From NCBI GenBank assembly GCA_963693365.1, contig CAVNZM010000004.1, positions 14,444,524 to 14,508,523 of the forward strand: a stretch of 64,000 nucleotides of DNA. The letters run 5' to 3'. The notes below the pieces were generated by a model that made no database searches, was not told where the DNA came from, and saw only the letters and a list, made by a program, of their open reading frames with translations. The position numbers and the translations under genes were made by a program. This document shows, piece by piece, positions 38,283 through 64,000 of this stretch (within the stretch, counting starts at the first letter, position 1; every line of letters begins with the position of its first letter). This stretch comes from Amoebidium appalachense. Taxonomy: Eukaryota; Protista; Ichthyosporea.

Positions 38283-39518
38283 ATGGCGGCGTAAGTGCCC
38301 TATCACAAAATTTCCCGTATTTTAGGGGCATTTCAGTTTAGTGATGTTGCCGTCGTTCGACTAAGCAAAAGTTGTTGGCATATAGGTAGATCGGTGACTT
38401 TCTCGCCGTTTAATCAGTGTATTGATGAGTTTTGCTTCCCGATTTAGACCATAAGCTGTATCATAGAATCGCTTCATTTTGTTTGTTTAGACAAGTCTGA
38501 CACAATCAGGGCCCTTCAACTCAGTCCTGAAATTCTGGCAGTTGGCTATTCGAGACTTGGGGACGCGCTGTAGAGTCTGTCAAGACTGACAAGCACGTAT
38601 TCTTCATTACACTCTACATTTGGGAAGCATCTAATACTCGATGCGCGCTCTACTTTCCATCTGCTCAACTACACTTAGCAATGTCCACACACGTGAGAGT
38701 GACCATAGTAATGTCATGTGTTACTGATGGGACACGGTGTCTCCCTCGTTTGGCCACGCTAACTGATCCGCGTTCTGTTATTCAAACACCCCTACCCTAT
38801 TCATAGACTTTCTGGCTTTCCTGCTGCTCTCCTACTTTTACAGCCATACGATGGGCACATGTAAAGCGTCCAATCCACACCCTGACAGGGTTCGGTAACA
38901 TGCACGATGCGCTTGTGTCCGCAACTAGTTACTGTTTCCTTCCAGTCCATGCTCCCCCCCCCCCCCCCCCCCCCACACCCCCAACCTCCACTTTGTTTTC
39001 AACTTGTGTTTCTGACCTTTGGTTGAGGGGCAGCAAGGCGAAGGCAGAGATGACAGCGGACGAGCTGAAGGCGGCAGAGGAGTTGGAGTTCAACACGGGC
39101 CCCCTGTCGGTGCTCACACAGTCCGTCAAGACAAACTCACAGGTGCGTGTTGGTTTCAAGTGCAGGCACAGAGGGGTTGGGGTGGTGTGCAGGAACGGCG
39201 CTCCTTCCCTCTGGCGCTTTTCGTTTTTCCTCCCACGCACACGCACACAGAGACACACACACACACATACTATCCGCCCTCCCTCCCCTCACCCCTCTTA
39301 TCCCTACATTTTTGCTGTCTCCCTTTTACCTTCCCCGTTCTTTCTCTCTCTCTCTCTCTCGCTCTTTCCCTCCCCCCCCCCCCCCCCCTACTGTGGATGA
39401 CGTGGGCCCCCCCTGAGGATGGGCTCTGCTTATTATGCATACTCTTTATGTATGGCTTGCATTCTGCATCGTGTTATCCGTTTGTTCTTGTGTACTTCGT
39501 ACTTTTTGACGCATTCAA

Positions 39519-39567
<49 letters not shown>

Positions 39568-40222
39568 CCCAACGCGCCACCACCGCAAACACCACCCCCA
39601 CGCGCCCAACAAGTTGGCTCTGTTTCTGCGGCGTACCGTGTGTGTTTTGTGTGTGTGTTGTGTCCACATTTTTCACCTTCGTTCTTCTGTGCTCTATATT
39701 GTATATTGCATTGTCCCCCAACCCCTGTATGTGCGTGTGCCCATGCAAGGTGTCGCTCTATGTTCACCCCTCCCTCCCCTCCACCCGGCTCCCTACATAC
39801 TGCATTTGTTGTGCACATGAGCCTCACCAGTTGTGATGTGTTCTGCGTTGTCTCGTTGTGAGTGTTCTTGTACTCTTCACTGCATCCCCCCCCCCCCCCC
39901 CCCCCCCCTATGCGCTCTCGTGTTCGCTGCTTCTCTGCCGCTCTCTCCAGTCTTTTTCTGTGCTTCGTCTGATGGGAGTTATGATGCTGAACACATGCAG
40001 GGTTATGATATCATAATCCTCGTGTTGTCCGTTATGAGGTGCACCTTGTACTCCGTACGAAATCTACCCCTTACCCCCACACGCACACACATACTACACA
40101 CACACCTCGCGTGAAGGTGTGTTCATGCTCTGCAACCCCCCACCCCCTTCTTCCCCCTCCCCTGGCCGGCCTGTGCCCTCCTCGACTACCTCACACACAC
40201 ACATGCGCGCGCACACATACAT

Positions 40223-40259
<37 letters not shown>

Positions 40260-40919
40260 TCATGGCATACACGAAGAAAAAAATAAGAAGAGAAAAGAAA
40301 TGGCAAGAGGGGGAGAATATGAAGTGTACGCAACCAACCCACGGATTTTATCCACACAGTTCTTACGTTCGTTTTCCCTTCTTCAAAGGATAGGTTGATG
40401 TGGGGAAGGGGTTGTTTTTCTCCTAACGATGCTCATCCGGATCACATGTTGCTGTTATTGGCACGTGAAACGCCTCTTGGCATGACAGCCTTTATGGTCA
40501 GCAAAGGGGCGCCATCCTCCTGCCATATGCACACCATACAATTCTCTGTATCTGTTGCCAAACCTTACTGTTGGTGCACACACCCATCCCTCCTTTGTTG
40601 TGCCATTGCACAGCATGCACCTGTCTTATGCATCAAGCACACACACTACCTGCGCCACTCACACACACACACATACACCCAGGTGCTGATCAACTGCCGC
40701 AACAACCGCAAGCTGCTTGGTCGTGTCAAGGCGTTTGACCGGCACTGTAACATGGTCCTAGAGAATGTCAAGGAGATGTGGACCGAGCAGCCCCGCACAG
40801 CAAAGGGCCAGAAGAAGGCCCGCCCCGTCAATAAGGACCGCTTCATCTCAAAGCTCTTTCTGAGGGGGGACTCTGTGATCCTGGTGCTGAGAAACACGGC
40901 ACAGGCGCCTGCTAAGTAG
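38283..40919 (+). CDS. SNRPD2: Small nuclear ribonucleoprotein Sm D2; exons 38283-38290 (or 38681-38692 + 38844-38860), 39034-39142, 40683-40919
   Basis: [19 protein letters not shown]|[54 protein letters not shown]. The first exon is uncertain. Confidence 0.95.
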
Positions 40920-41876
40920 AATGGTTATGGGGTGGGTGGTTGCTGGGCTGCGGGTCGGCCTGGCTGTTTATAAGTAGGGGGCATGCCATATGCATGTGCC
41001 CGTATGTATGCGCGTAGTCAATGTAGCTCGGCTGGTCCGAGTGTATGCACGAGATTTTTCTGATGCTGCTACTACCTCCCCTCCTCCTCCCCCCTCCCCC
41101 TCCCCCCGGTCGAAACACACACACACACATCATGTTCAGTGGTAGGACTAAGTGGCATGCATATTGTGTTGGTGGGCTTGCCCTGTCAGCAAGAGGTTGC
41201 AGCTGCAGGTCCGGTCCATTTTGCCGTCACTCCCGTTTGGTATGTTCACATGGTCTTGTGTCGTCCATCTAGTGCATGCCACGTTGCCCTACGACGTGCA
41301 CACACGTGTCCATATCGATATCTGGGGTGCTCTACAAAACACTCCGGAAATTATGCCATCAACTGCAACAACCTGAGAAAGGCGTTCAACGCCCCACACG
41401 CTGTGTGCATGTGGAATGTATTTTCACTCTTGATTAATATATGAAACTAAAAAAAAAGTAGGAATATGATAGAACTATAAAGAAAATAGGAATAAAAAAG
41501 CAGGTTTCTGCAGAGAGCAATTTAGTAAACCGGATGTTCCGGGTCACTGCATGCACACCTTGTAACTAGCATAGTTCAAGTCTGTCCGGCGAGCAGGGTC
41601 ATAATGTCCCTTGGCACATTTTGGCATGCAATAGGGTTTTGAGGTTTTCGAGAGCTAAATTCAGAAGTCAGGCTTTGCCTTTACATTCGAATTCACATTC
41701 ACACATGTAGCACGCGACACCTTACCATTCGTACACACATATCCACCAGTCGGACACACTGCTGGCTAATAACGGTGCAATCCATGCACCAAACATTCAC
41801 TAATCTTATCTGACTCATTCATACATGATAATCTGCCAATCACAAAGCAAAACATCTAGCCATATATGGTGCACAC

Positions 41877-49462
<7,586 letters not shown>

Positions 49463-49714
49463 CTGTGGAGGGGCCACAAGATGTTAGGCCAGGTCCACTG
49501 TCAGAGCAGGGGAAAGATAAAGTAACGTGCAGGTGTATGTGCCTCCTTGCATGCATATGTGGAATCCTGTGCCTGCAGGCAGGAGTCTTGTGCGGGTGGG
49601 AACGCAGGGCAGAGCCATACTAGCCGTGTGTGCGTGCATGCGTGAAGTGTGTGTGTGTGTGTGTGTGTGTGCGTGCGTGAAGTGTGTGTGTGTGTGTGTG
49701 TGTGCATGCGTGAA

Positions 49715-49747
<33 letters not shown>

Positions 49748-49753
49748 TGCGTG

Positions 49754-49789
<36 letters not shown>

Positions 49790-50358
49790 ATGGGTGAATG
49801 CACGAGTGCACGTGCGCGCGCGCCCCGGCGACGCGCGGGATTGTGCGTGTGCGTCTGGGTGTGCTTGTGCATGTGGTTGCGCCTGTGTGTGTGTGTGTGT
49901 GTGTGCATGTGCATGGGCGTGGGTGTGTGCGTGTGTGTGCGTATGTGTGTGTGTGAGTGTGTGTGTGTGGAGGTGTGTGTGCCCGTGTGTGCGTGTGCGA
50001 CTTGGTGTGCATTTGTTTGTGTATTTGCATGTGTGCGCGCACGTGTGCTTGCGTGTATGCTTGCATATGTGTGAGTTCGTGTGAAGGGTGGCTGGGTGTG
50101 GGAAGGTGGTGATGGCCGTGTTTGTGCCTTGGTGTGCCTGTGTTTGTGTGTGTGTACGCGCACGGGTGTTCGAGTGTGGATGGGGCGCGGATGTGTGTGC
50201 CTCCACATCTACACAAAACTGTGTGTTTAAAATAGTAGCAGGAGACAGGCAGCTTATGAAAAAGACAGAGAGTGCCAGCTGTGCACAGAGAACATCCGAC
50301 CTTACACCACGTTTACCTCCTTCCCCCCCCCCCCCCCCCCCCCCCCCGCCCGCCCCCC

Positions 50359-50405
<47 letters not shown>

Positions 50406-50825
50406 CCCCCCCCCCCTCCCCTTATCCTCTTCTTTATCGCACATACTGGTGTTCTGCCACCTGCTTTTGTGCCCCATTTTTTGAGCACCTAAACTATTGA
50501 TTTACGGTTCCCCCCCCCCCCCCCCCTCCCCCTCCGGCGCCCCGCGGATCCCCTCGGTCACCACAGCCACCATTGCCGATTCATTTTCCACACCACGCAC
50601 GTACACAAACCGCACCAAATAAGCGAGAATAAAGGCACGCACACACACTTTCTCGACTGTCCATCGCCTGAGCCACCACCACGTCTACACCCCCCCAACT
50701 CAGATTGCAACCGACCCACCATGAGCCCCTGCGACCTGACGGTGCTGGGAACCTTGAAAGGTGTGTGTTATGCCTAGCTTCTCTCTCTGTGTGTGTCTGT
50801 GTGTGTGTGTTATGCCTAATTTATC

Positions 50826-50894
<69 letters not shown>

Positions 50895-51468
50895 GTGTAT
50901 GGTGCCCATACCCGCAGCACACGCTTGCACTCAAACTGCGGCAGGACCGGCGGCACAAACTTCTTGCGGCCGGGCATGGCTGCAGGTGGAGGCCACGGTG
51001 AGAGCACGTGCGTGCCTGTCTGTGCACGCACAGAGGCACCTGCCACGTGTACACGCACAAATGGCCCTCCTCACGGTGGCCACACTTACCGTTGGGCTAG
51101 CCTTGGACCCCACCTATAGTACTAGTATTTACGGTGCTCCCGCCTGCCCGCGGGCTGCTGTTCGAACGTTGAAGACCGTATGGGTGTACGGGCGCCAAGG
51201 GGGAGAAACGAAAACCTCGGGTGTACTGAAACCTCGGGAGTACAAAGGGTGTATGACGTCAGCGATTGTTGATCCTGCCTTATATGGCAGGTAGTTAAGT
51301 CCTGCTTACGTCACCAAGGAGAGAACCTCGGGAGTCGCAATGTAGTGATAATAAATGCGTGAGCGTCACGGTGTCGCTACATCTCAAGCTGTTCCCTTCA
51401 CTGAGGCCGTTCTGCCCCACGTGCGTCCTTTCCTTCTCCTCCCCCTTCCCCCCCCTGGCGCGTGTTTT

Positions 51469-55903
<4,435 letters not shown>

Positions 55904-56024
55904 CAGTAGAAGTGCACGACACGTGCATGTAAAGTAGTTAGTTGCATGCACTGCATGTATTTGAACGTTCACTACACGGCACATAAATGAGCGTGCACAC
56001 ACGTACACACACACACGCGCGTGC

Positions 56025-56062
<38 letters not shown>

Positions 56063-56742
56063 CATATACTCGCACGTGCATGCACACGGCCCATACAATG
56101 CCAGGCAACTGCACTTTTACCTGCACATCATGCACCCACTGTGGAGCTACGAATGTGGATATGCCACAACCCCATCCACCATGACAGTGTGTCTTGTTTT
56201 TCTTCTGTACCAGCAAATACTTTCACAAAGTGGTCGAATGAATGAATGTGCCCCGGCGGTATTGGCTGATGTTTTGGCCTATTCATCGGGGGTAGGCTGA
56301 TGGCTGTGCATGATTGGCCGGAAGAGACTTGGCTGAGTGGGCCAATAAGCAGTTGCCAAATATGGCAATGAATAACTGTAGATGATTGGCATAATAAACC
56401 TGGGCCAGTGGCCACATATGGCAGCCCATAGCTGTGGATGATTGGCGCGCGCGCACGCACGCACGCACGCACGCACGCACACCATATGCACGGCCGCGGT
56501 TACCGAGGCAGGCACCCGGTGTCGCCAACTGATATGTATTATTGGTCACGGGACCCAACTGGCTGCAGCTCGCCTCCACTACCACCTCACAGGTGTCACC
56601 TTAATTTTTCGGTTTCATTCCTCTCTGGCCGAAAATCTGATATCACAAACAGAGGCAACAGTTGTCGGTTCTTCCCACTCTCCTGCTTATAGGGGGGGGG
56701 GGGGGGGAGGGGGAAGGGGGCTGGGGGGATCCGAAGGGGGGT

Positions 56743-56796
<54 letters not shown>

Positions 56797-58113
56797 GGGG
56801 GGGCAGCCTGGGGTGGGTTCCTCCGCAACCCCCAGCTAACTAAATGTTGCGGCGCACATCACTTTGCATCTCGGAGTCCGGATTCCCCGGGCTCCATCCC
56901 GGTGGGCCTCCCCCGCCTCCACCTACACATGTGAGGCTATGCTCGAGCTCCCCCCCCCCCTTTCTCCTTTTCCCCGCCCACCACGTGCACCGCTCAAGCC
57001 AACCGCCCTCGGTTCCGCCGACTCCGGGCCCTCCGGCACACTCTCGCCTTATTAGCTGGGCCACATGTCTTCCTACTACCCATCAACCCTCAGCTCCGGA
57101 TCCGAGTCATACCTCACTCTGTGTAGCGCTACCGTGTGTGTTGAAACTCCGGAAAGTGTCACTAAATTTTTGAGGGCACTAAATAGGTTCACCGATTTGT
57201 CAACCAGTGGCCGGTTAATACAGCCAAAATGGTAAAAGAAGTAGCGCTAAAAATGGCCCAGGTGGTTCTATTAGCTAGCCCATCCGTCAGTGCCGCAGGA
57301 ACTTCGTTGCTAAAACGAAGTTTCACACCCTGGCTCGAGCCGCTCGAGGGTAAACAAACCCTAGCCCTGACGGATTAATGAGGAACTATTTGATTGGCGC
57401 TGTCGCAATCAACAAAATCTTCCGCTACCTTCCTTGGTGGGGGTCTACAGGGGAATTTCTTTGTGCTTTTTTATATAGTACCCATAGCTATGGTCCCTAT
57501 AAGGGGGATCTGCAAGATAAAACCTACGTGATCCAATTTTTTTTTTTTTTGTAAAATATCATGCAGTCGTGTGTATAATACAGGTAGGCCGGCAAGATAA
57601 ACAGGCAGACTGGGCTCTGTGAATTGTCAATTTGCTGCATCCCCGCCTCCAAAAGAGGTATGTGGAGAACCACCTATCAACAGATAGGGCAAGTTGTGGC
57701 CAATCATCATGGGGCAGGTAATGACCAACAAACAAACGTTAATGAGCGCAAACGACTGCAGTGAAGTCAGGCTGGTGACCCTTGCTGTCTTGCTTGGGTG
57801 GCACTAAATAAAAAGAAAAACCGACACTCGGAAAAGCGACTATTTACTTGTTTCTAATCATAAATATTTACCACCACTACGTTATCTCATTTCGGAAAAT
57901 ACGGTTCATCGCGCGCCGAGGGGCCCGAACCGTGCGGGGCCCTGAGCTACGTTTGTGCAGCACACAGTTACTAAGGTTGACACAGCCATGACTGTACACT
58001 ATCTGACCTAAGGCTATCCAGGGGGGTGAGGGCGGCACCAGGCTCGCAAAACGGGACAGGGGCACTAAGTTCACAACTAAAAGAGAACGAGAGAAAAAAC
58101 GTGCATCGTATCA

Positions 58114-60623
58114 TCACTTGAGGGGGGCACCGCGGCCACGGTCCACGGCGTGGTTGTAGATCTTAATGGCCAGGCGCTGCTCCTGCGGCGTGTGGGCACG
58201 GCCGCAGCTGGGGTTGTGGCACTTGGGCCCAAACGTGCAGCGGATTGTGGCCAGGTGCAGCCGCGTGTAGCGGTCCTTCTCGGCCTCGCCGTGCGCAAAC
58301 CCGCAGGCCTTGCTGTAGCGGCACTTCTGCCCGTCCACCACCCGCTTGCACATGGCCGTCTTGTAGCGCACCGGCGACTCCTGCCAGTCCGAGCTCTCTC
58401 CTGCAGGGTGGGTCACCGTTAGAAAAGGTGTGTGGCTGTTGTTATAAAATGGTGGGGTAAGGGAAATGTATCAGTGAGGTATACTTGACATTCAAAAGTG
58501 ATCTCAGAAGAGAGAGAAAAAGAACCCAAAAAAAGGAAAAAAGGAGAAGAAGAGGAAGTAGCTTCGTTTCGATAGGGAGAAAAACTGCCAAAGGATGGGT
58601 GGGGTTAGGTGGGACTGACCTGGGCAGGGGCCGTTGAGGTCGAGGCTGGCCATGACGCTGACCACGTCGTGCTTGAGGTCGTATGCGCCGTAGGGCGGGT
58701 AACGGGGTGACCCCAGCAGGTCCGCACCCACAGCCCGGCGGTGGTCACCACCCTCCAGACTGGACGTGCGCGAGGCCCGGGTGGACAGCGGGGGGGAGGG
58801 GCTGGTGGGGGTGAGGGTGCCGGGCGAGTCGAGCGAGTGGTTGGAGGACAGGGCGTGGGAGTGGCTGGGTGAGCCGGGGTGGGAGTAGCGCACAAAGCTG
58901 GGCAGCGTGGGGTAGGACGACGAGCCCTGCAGGCTGACCGGGCCACCGGGCGGTCCAAAGGCAGCCACCCGCCGGGTGTGCTCGTCGCACTGCGCAGACG
59001 ACATGGTTGGCCCTGCAGTGCCGGGGGCAAACGGCCACGTGTTGCGACCACCAAACAGCGAATATGTGCTGGGAGGAGGGGAAGGGTCAGTGTGGAACAC
59101 AGTGCGAAGCAAAACACATACTGCTGTAAGACCAAATTAGGGTGACATATTTACAAGGCACCGTGCCATGGCAGAAAAATTAACACAGCGTCCAAATGAT
59201 AAATTCAATCGCTAGATGGGGAGCAAAGCACACACCTTGGGCCCTCGGGCTGGTAGGTGCGCACGGGAGGAGGAGACTCGACGCTGTCAGCCGAGAGGGG
59301 CGGGGAGGTGATGTAGTAGTCGGGCAGGCAGTGCAGCTCGGCTGCGGGGGCGGCGTGCAGGCGGGTGCTTGTGGACATCACCTCGTGCACGTCCTCAAAC
59401 AGCTCCCGCAGGCGCTGCAGCGCCGTCAGCAGCCGGTCCAGCTGCCGGGGCCCGGGGGGCTCGCCGGCCAGGTCCTCGCCGGCACGGCGCAGCTGCCACA
59501 TGTTGTCGGTCACGTGGGGGGGCAGGTAGCGCTCCAGGTCCTTGACCCGCAGAGCAAAGTCGGCCGGCATCGTGTCCAGCGGCAGCTCGTGCAGCACGGC
59601 CAGCCGGCACCACAGCAGGTCCACTATGGGCTCCAGCAGGTCCCGCGTGGCCAGCGTCAACATGGCCCGGTACTGCTCGGCCGTGGACGTGGCCAGCACC
59701 TGCACGTGCAGAGTCAGTATCCGTGCACGAGGGACAGTTAGGGGGCTAGTAGTGTGCAGCACGGGGCAAGGGAGAAGTTCGCATCAAGACGCACACATAG
59801 TTGTTGAGAAGGTATAACACACTAAGCTACTGTAGTATGTTCCTGTAATCGTTAATAGCTGTGGAAAATCCAACAAAACCGAACAACGGTAGAACAACGT
59901 TACGGAGAGTGAGTACCTCGGGATGCTTTGCCTTCAAACAAGAACATGTTAAACCTTGAGAGTCGTTAGAAATTTGAATAAGTAGCATTGCTAGACTTCT
60001 TGGATTTTTCTTTTCCAAATGCTACACGGCAATAATGCACCACGACTGAACTTCAAAAGGACAGGAATGCAAGAGAACACGTGAACATGGGCGTGCCATG
60101 CGTAGCACAACACGTCCAACAACTTTCGTGCCCTCCATATCCAAGGCAAATAAACAAGGTGCATACCAGAAGAGACTTGGTCTATATTCATCAAAGGCAT
60201 AGGTCAAACAGTTGGGCATATCACGGCACGTTCAACTAAGCTTATTCCCAAGTGTAACACGAGGAAACAAATTTTCAAACACAAATAGAATGTAAACGTG
60301 TTATCACAGCACACAGCATAAATATACAAATGCAGTTGCACACAGCTTGAAGAATCAAAAAAAGCCTTCGTTAGCAGAACCCGTGCAGCTTGGAGTATTG
60401 TTAGTGTCTTGAGTCCAGACAAGCACCACGTGCACACCTACAGGCACACCCTTACCTTCCTATTGCAGAAGGAGTGAAGAACCTCGAGTGCGCGCGTCAC
60501 GTCGTGCATGCCATAAAGGCAGGGTGGGGGGGTAAGCAGCGCACAGTAGCTCTCGACGGCATACGCCGTCTTGACGGGCGACACTGAAGACCGCACCACA
60601 TTGTGCAGGTTTGTGCACAGCAT
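58114..60623 (-). CDS. Tandem CCCH zinc-finger RNA-binding protein with a helical (HEPN/DUF4145-like) N-terminal domain; exons 60623-60456, 59699-59236, 59068-58620, 58400-58114
   Basis: YKTAMC-x8-C-x5-C-x3-H and C-x5-C-x4-C-x3-H fingers, with a Ser/Pro-rich linker. Junction phases are consistent (0, 2, 1). The start codon is tentative. Confidence 0.8.
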
Positions 60624-63021
60624 TTTTCAGTTTAGCCCAGTGTGCTTGTTCGTTCTGTCTGAGGCTCTGGTCTTGTGCGACGATGGCACCTAGCGTGTAT
60701 GCGACTATACAACAAGCATTGTGTTCCTGCAACATGCGCGCTACTCTAGGCACACACCATATTCTACGCGTTGCGTTCACAGCACAGGCTAAAAGGATAA
60801 ACCAACGGTGCGAAAAAGAGAGGGACGCTGGAGACGGGATTGTTATTCGCTGCACGCTGTCTGGACCCAACTTGACGTGGCCCGTCATCTCATGCTCGCC
60901 ACAGTCACTGCCCCGCCATTATCTACGCGTGGCCTGAAGCCAATCAAACAACTTATCTCTAACTGCAAGATAAAACTGGAATGGCACCGTATATCCGTAA
61001 GACAGCCTTCGAATGTCTTCAAATAGTAGTTCTTGAATAAAGAACGGACAATGTTTCATATTAGATCTTTATACATAAGCCAATTAATTTTATGTTATTA
61101 CGCTTGTCAATAACCAACAAGAGTGCGTTTCCCTGTTATTGAATCCCCCAGGAGATGATAATGACCGTTGCCGGCCTTCATCAGTTGTCCGAGGCTGGGC
61201 TGGAATGCGCCAATTAGCGGAAGGCCCTGAAATAGTGATTTGTACATTCCAGAGACAAATGCCTTCGCCCTGGAACATAAAATAGCCAATTAGAGGCCCA
61301 TAATTGTCGAATGCCGTCTTGTAATTGGTTTCCTGTCACGCATGCCGATGGTAAAGAGTAGCTAACTAACTGCAGTTCATAGAGTCAATTTTCATTGGCT
61401 TTCATTAATTTGTCCCGATATGGTGCAATGACGAAAATGTGCAAGGAAATCCGAGGGTGACCTCACGTCCTAAAAAAGTTTCTAAAACATGCAAAACGGT
61501 GTTAATTCGTTGATATTAGAAATTTTGGTGTTATTTTTGTATCCAAAATCAATATGAATACTCAATTTTAAGAGATAATCAAGGCCAATGGTGGTTGTCA
61601 AGAAACTGGGCTAAGCACCGTCCACCTTGGAAGTTAAACCAGTGAACCAATCATATCTCATGGTCAATTTTTTGATAACCAAGAATTCAATGCAGCCAAT
61701 CATCATGGACCACTCTAACCGCAATTTGCCGGAACTCTATCTGCTTGTGCCATGGCCCGTGGACTGAGTGTCACAGACCCATCTCGTTATGTATTCTCGT
61801 TTCTAAATCTATACCTAACTTCAACAGACTTGTCTTTGATACAATACACACATAATTATTATCTGCACAATGTGCGTTGTGATCAAGAGGGGCCGGCAGT
61901 GGCTCGGAGCCACCAGCAGCTGGCAGCAATCTGCGCATGCACTGAGCCACATGTCATGATCAGCGTGGGCCGCATGCAACAGCTGCCGCATGCTTGACTC
62001 AGAGGCGCTGCGCCCAGATCTCTTTCAATCGACGAGAAAATACATGTGATATACCTCTGTACGCAAGCCTTGGGGTTTTATATCTGCTGATTCTAATGAA
62101 GTGCTTTCTCAGCATATGTCCAGCGCACGCATGAAGTATACTTGTCCTGCATAAGTGGTCCACATGGGCTGCTCACTATTGGCAAAATATCACCGTTGCC
62201 ACTTCGCATAGAAGTCGCCATATTTGACTGATAGCGTATTAGATGGCTGTGACTTTAAGCCAATGAAAATCCTAGTTACAAGGTTTGTTAATATTTCCGG
62301 GCAGCAGCCCGGTAATTTTATCGCCACATTACTGCTTGGCCAATCACAGGCCTGCTGCTAAGGGAGTCATGTGGGAGTGGCCCCGAACTTACGCACATGT
62401 GCACACATGTGCGGAAACGTGCACACACGGCGAGGATGCGTGCCAAAAACACGTGTGTGCTTGCAAAGCCTGTGAGTGCTGCAACGAGCCTCCCTAGAAT
62501 TCCACAGCCAGCTCGTGCACGTTCGCATTCGTGGATGGGTATGATATAATGTGTATGTGTGGGCCTACGTATGTAGCCATGCATGCAATGACAATGACTC
62601 ATGGTCATGTGCACGTGACATTTAGGGGCTTGGCCAGCTGAATTGCTCTAGTGCGCACATGGCAGTGATGATGGCAATGGCATATGGTGCATGCAATTGT
62701 TATATGCATGATGGGCGTAGTACATCAACACATAACTAGTATTATTACTAATGCGATGCATCTATGTTTGATGGGACAGGATTCACTAAATAGGCCCCCC
62801 GAGGAATCGGGAGGGTGGGCAACGGGTTTGTTTCAGTATTTAATAATATGGCATCGACTCGGAAGAACGACTTCGTTTTCCCTCAAACGTGCACAGATCC
62901 ACCTTGAGCTGTGGCTATTCCAGATGCACGTGGATGGACTACACCTGTACCTGTAGGAGTGTTTGTTACGGTAGCTGGCCAAACCAGGCCTGACTCGTAG
63001 ACAATTGCAGAACACACATGT

Positions 63022-63069
<48 letters not shown>

Positions 63070-63391
63070 GCACACACACACACGCTGCAACGGTGCTGAT
63101 TAAGAGTTCAAATTAATCAGTACACTGCAAAAATTATCAGTGCGTGTGTGGCAAGGAGGCTCTGCAACTGTGTGCACAGTGTGTGTATGGATGTGTGTGT
63201 GTTTGATGTTGCGTGCGTGGCTTGAATCTGAGCATCATACGGTGTGTGGCAGTGTGTGCATGTGCGCATGTGCGTAGGTGTGTAGAAGCGGATTTGTGCC
63301 GCACGTGTGTCTGTGCTTGTGTGTGTGTATGTGTGGCCCGACGGTGTGTCTGTGTGTGTGTACACATGTGTGTGTGTGTGTGGCCCGACGA

Positions 63392-63460
<69 letters not shown>

Positions 63461-63766
63461 GATATAACCATGTTTACAGTGTGTGCGCCCGCGCATGCGT
63501 GCGTGCTTGCGTGTAAGCAGTGCGCGAATTTATGCCGAGCTAATAAATGAATTTTATTGTTTTTTTTGAGTTTGAGAAGGAGGGGTGGGCACTAGTAGTA
63601 AATCATTGAGAGTCCCCCCTGGTAATCCTCCTCCCCCCTCCCCTCCCCCTCCAAAATCTGATCGCCGGGGTGGTGGGTTCCCCCTTCCCCCCCCCCCCCC
63701 CCCCCCCCCCCCGTGCCGCCGCCGGGGGAAGGGGCGGAACCTCATCTTTGGTGTGGTGGTCCCCCC

Positions 63767-63797
<31 letters not shown>

Positions 63798-64000
63798 ACA
63801 CACACACACCCCTCCCCCCTCCCCCCGCCCCCAGTACGGGAAGTCCAACGGCTCCCTGCTGGCCGCGGCTGCGCACCTCTCTTTAGATGTTTCTCGGAGG
63901 CTCCCTCCCCTCCCCTCCCCTCCCCCGCCCCCCTCCGCCCCCCCCTCCCCCCACGCCCCTCCCCCCTCCCCCCCCCCCCCCCCCCTCCCCCCCCCCCCCC

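Noticed and set aside
56592-57175. Short direct repeat GTGTCAC..AATTTTT bounding a G/C-rich segment
   Set aside because: No TIR or TSD was found, so it could be chance.
62883-62951. Possible terminal exon of a minus-strand gene entering from beyond the window
   Set aside because: No recognisable protein motif and no upstream exons could be assigned.

Overview
This is eukaryotic genomic DNA from an intron-rich genome. Introns and intergenic DNA are full of (CA)/(GT), (CT)/(GA) and poly-G/poly-C tracts and locally born minisatellites, and most supplied ORFs are repeat artefacts. An opisthokont or holozoan protist is plausible but is inference only. Hand-splicing at GT..AG junctions with phase checks gives 10 protein genes: ankyrin+PX protein (+), tandem-UBC enzyme (UBE2Z-like plus catalytically dead UEV; -), His-rich SAM methyltransferase (-), DUF4832-type glycoside-hydrolase-like protein (-), PP1-targeting RVxF protein (-), alkaline ceramidase (-), SmD2 (+), WDR5-like (-), histidine acid phosphatase (+) and a tandem-CCCH protein with a HEPN-like N-terminus (-). 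There is also a 3.7-kb hAT-type non-autonomous element with a perfect 8-bp TSD. The most striking pattern is that many intronic repeats are amplified copies of the neighbouring splice junction itself. The best case is a 9x52-bp array of acceptor plus exon start in which every upstream copy leads to a premature stop or frameshift. Dispersed and arrayed perfect CArG boxes are also strongly over-represented.
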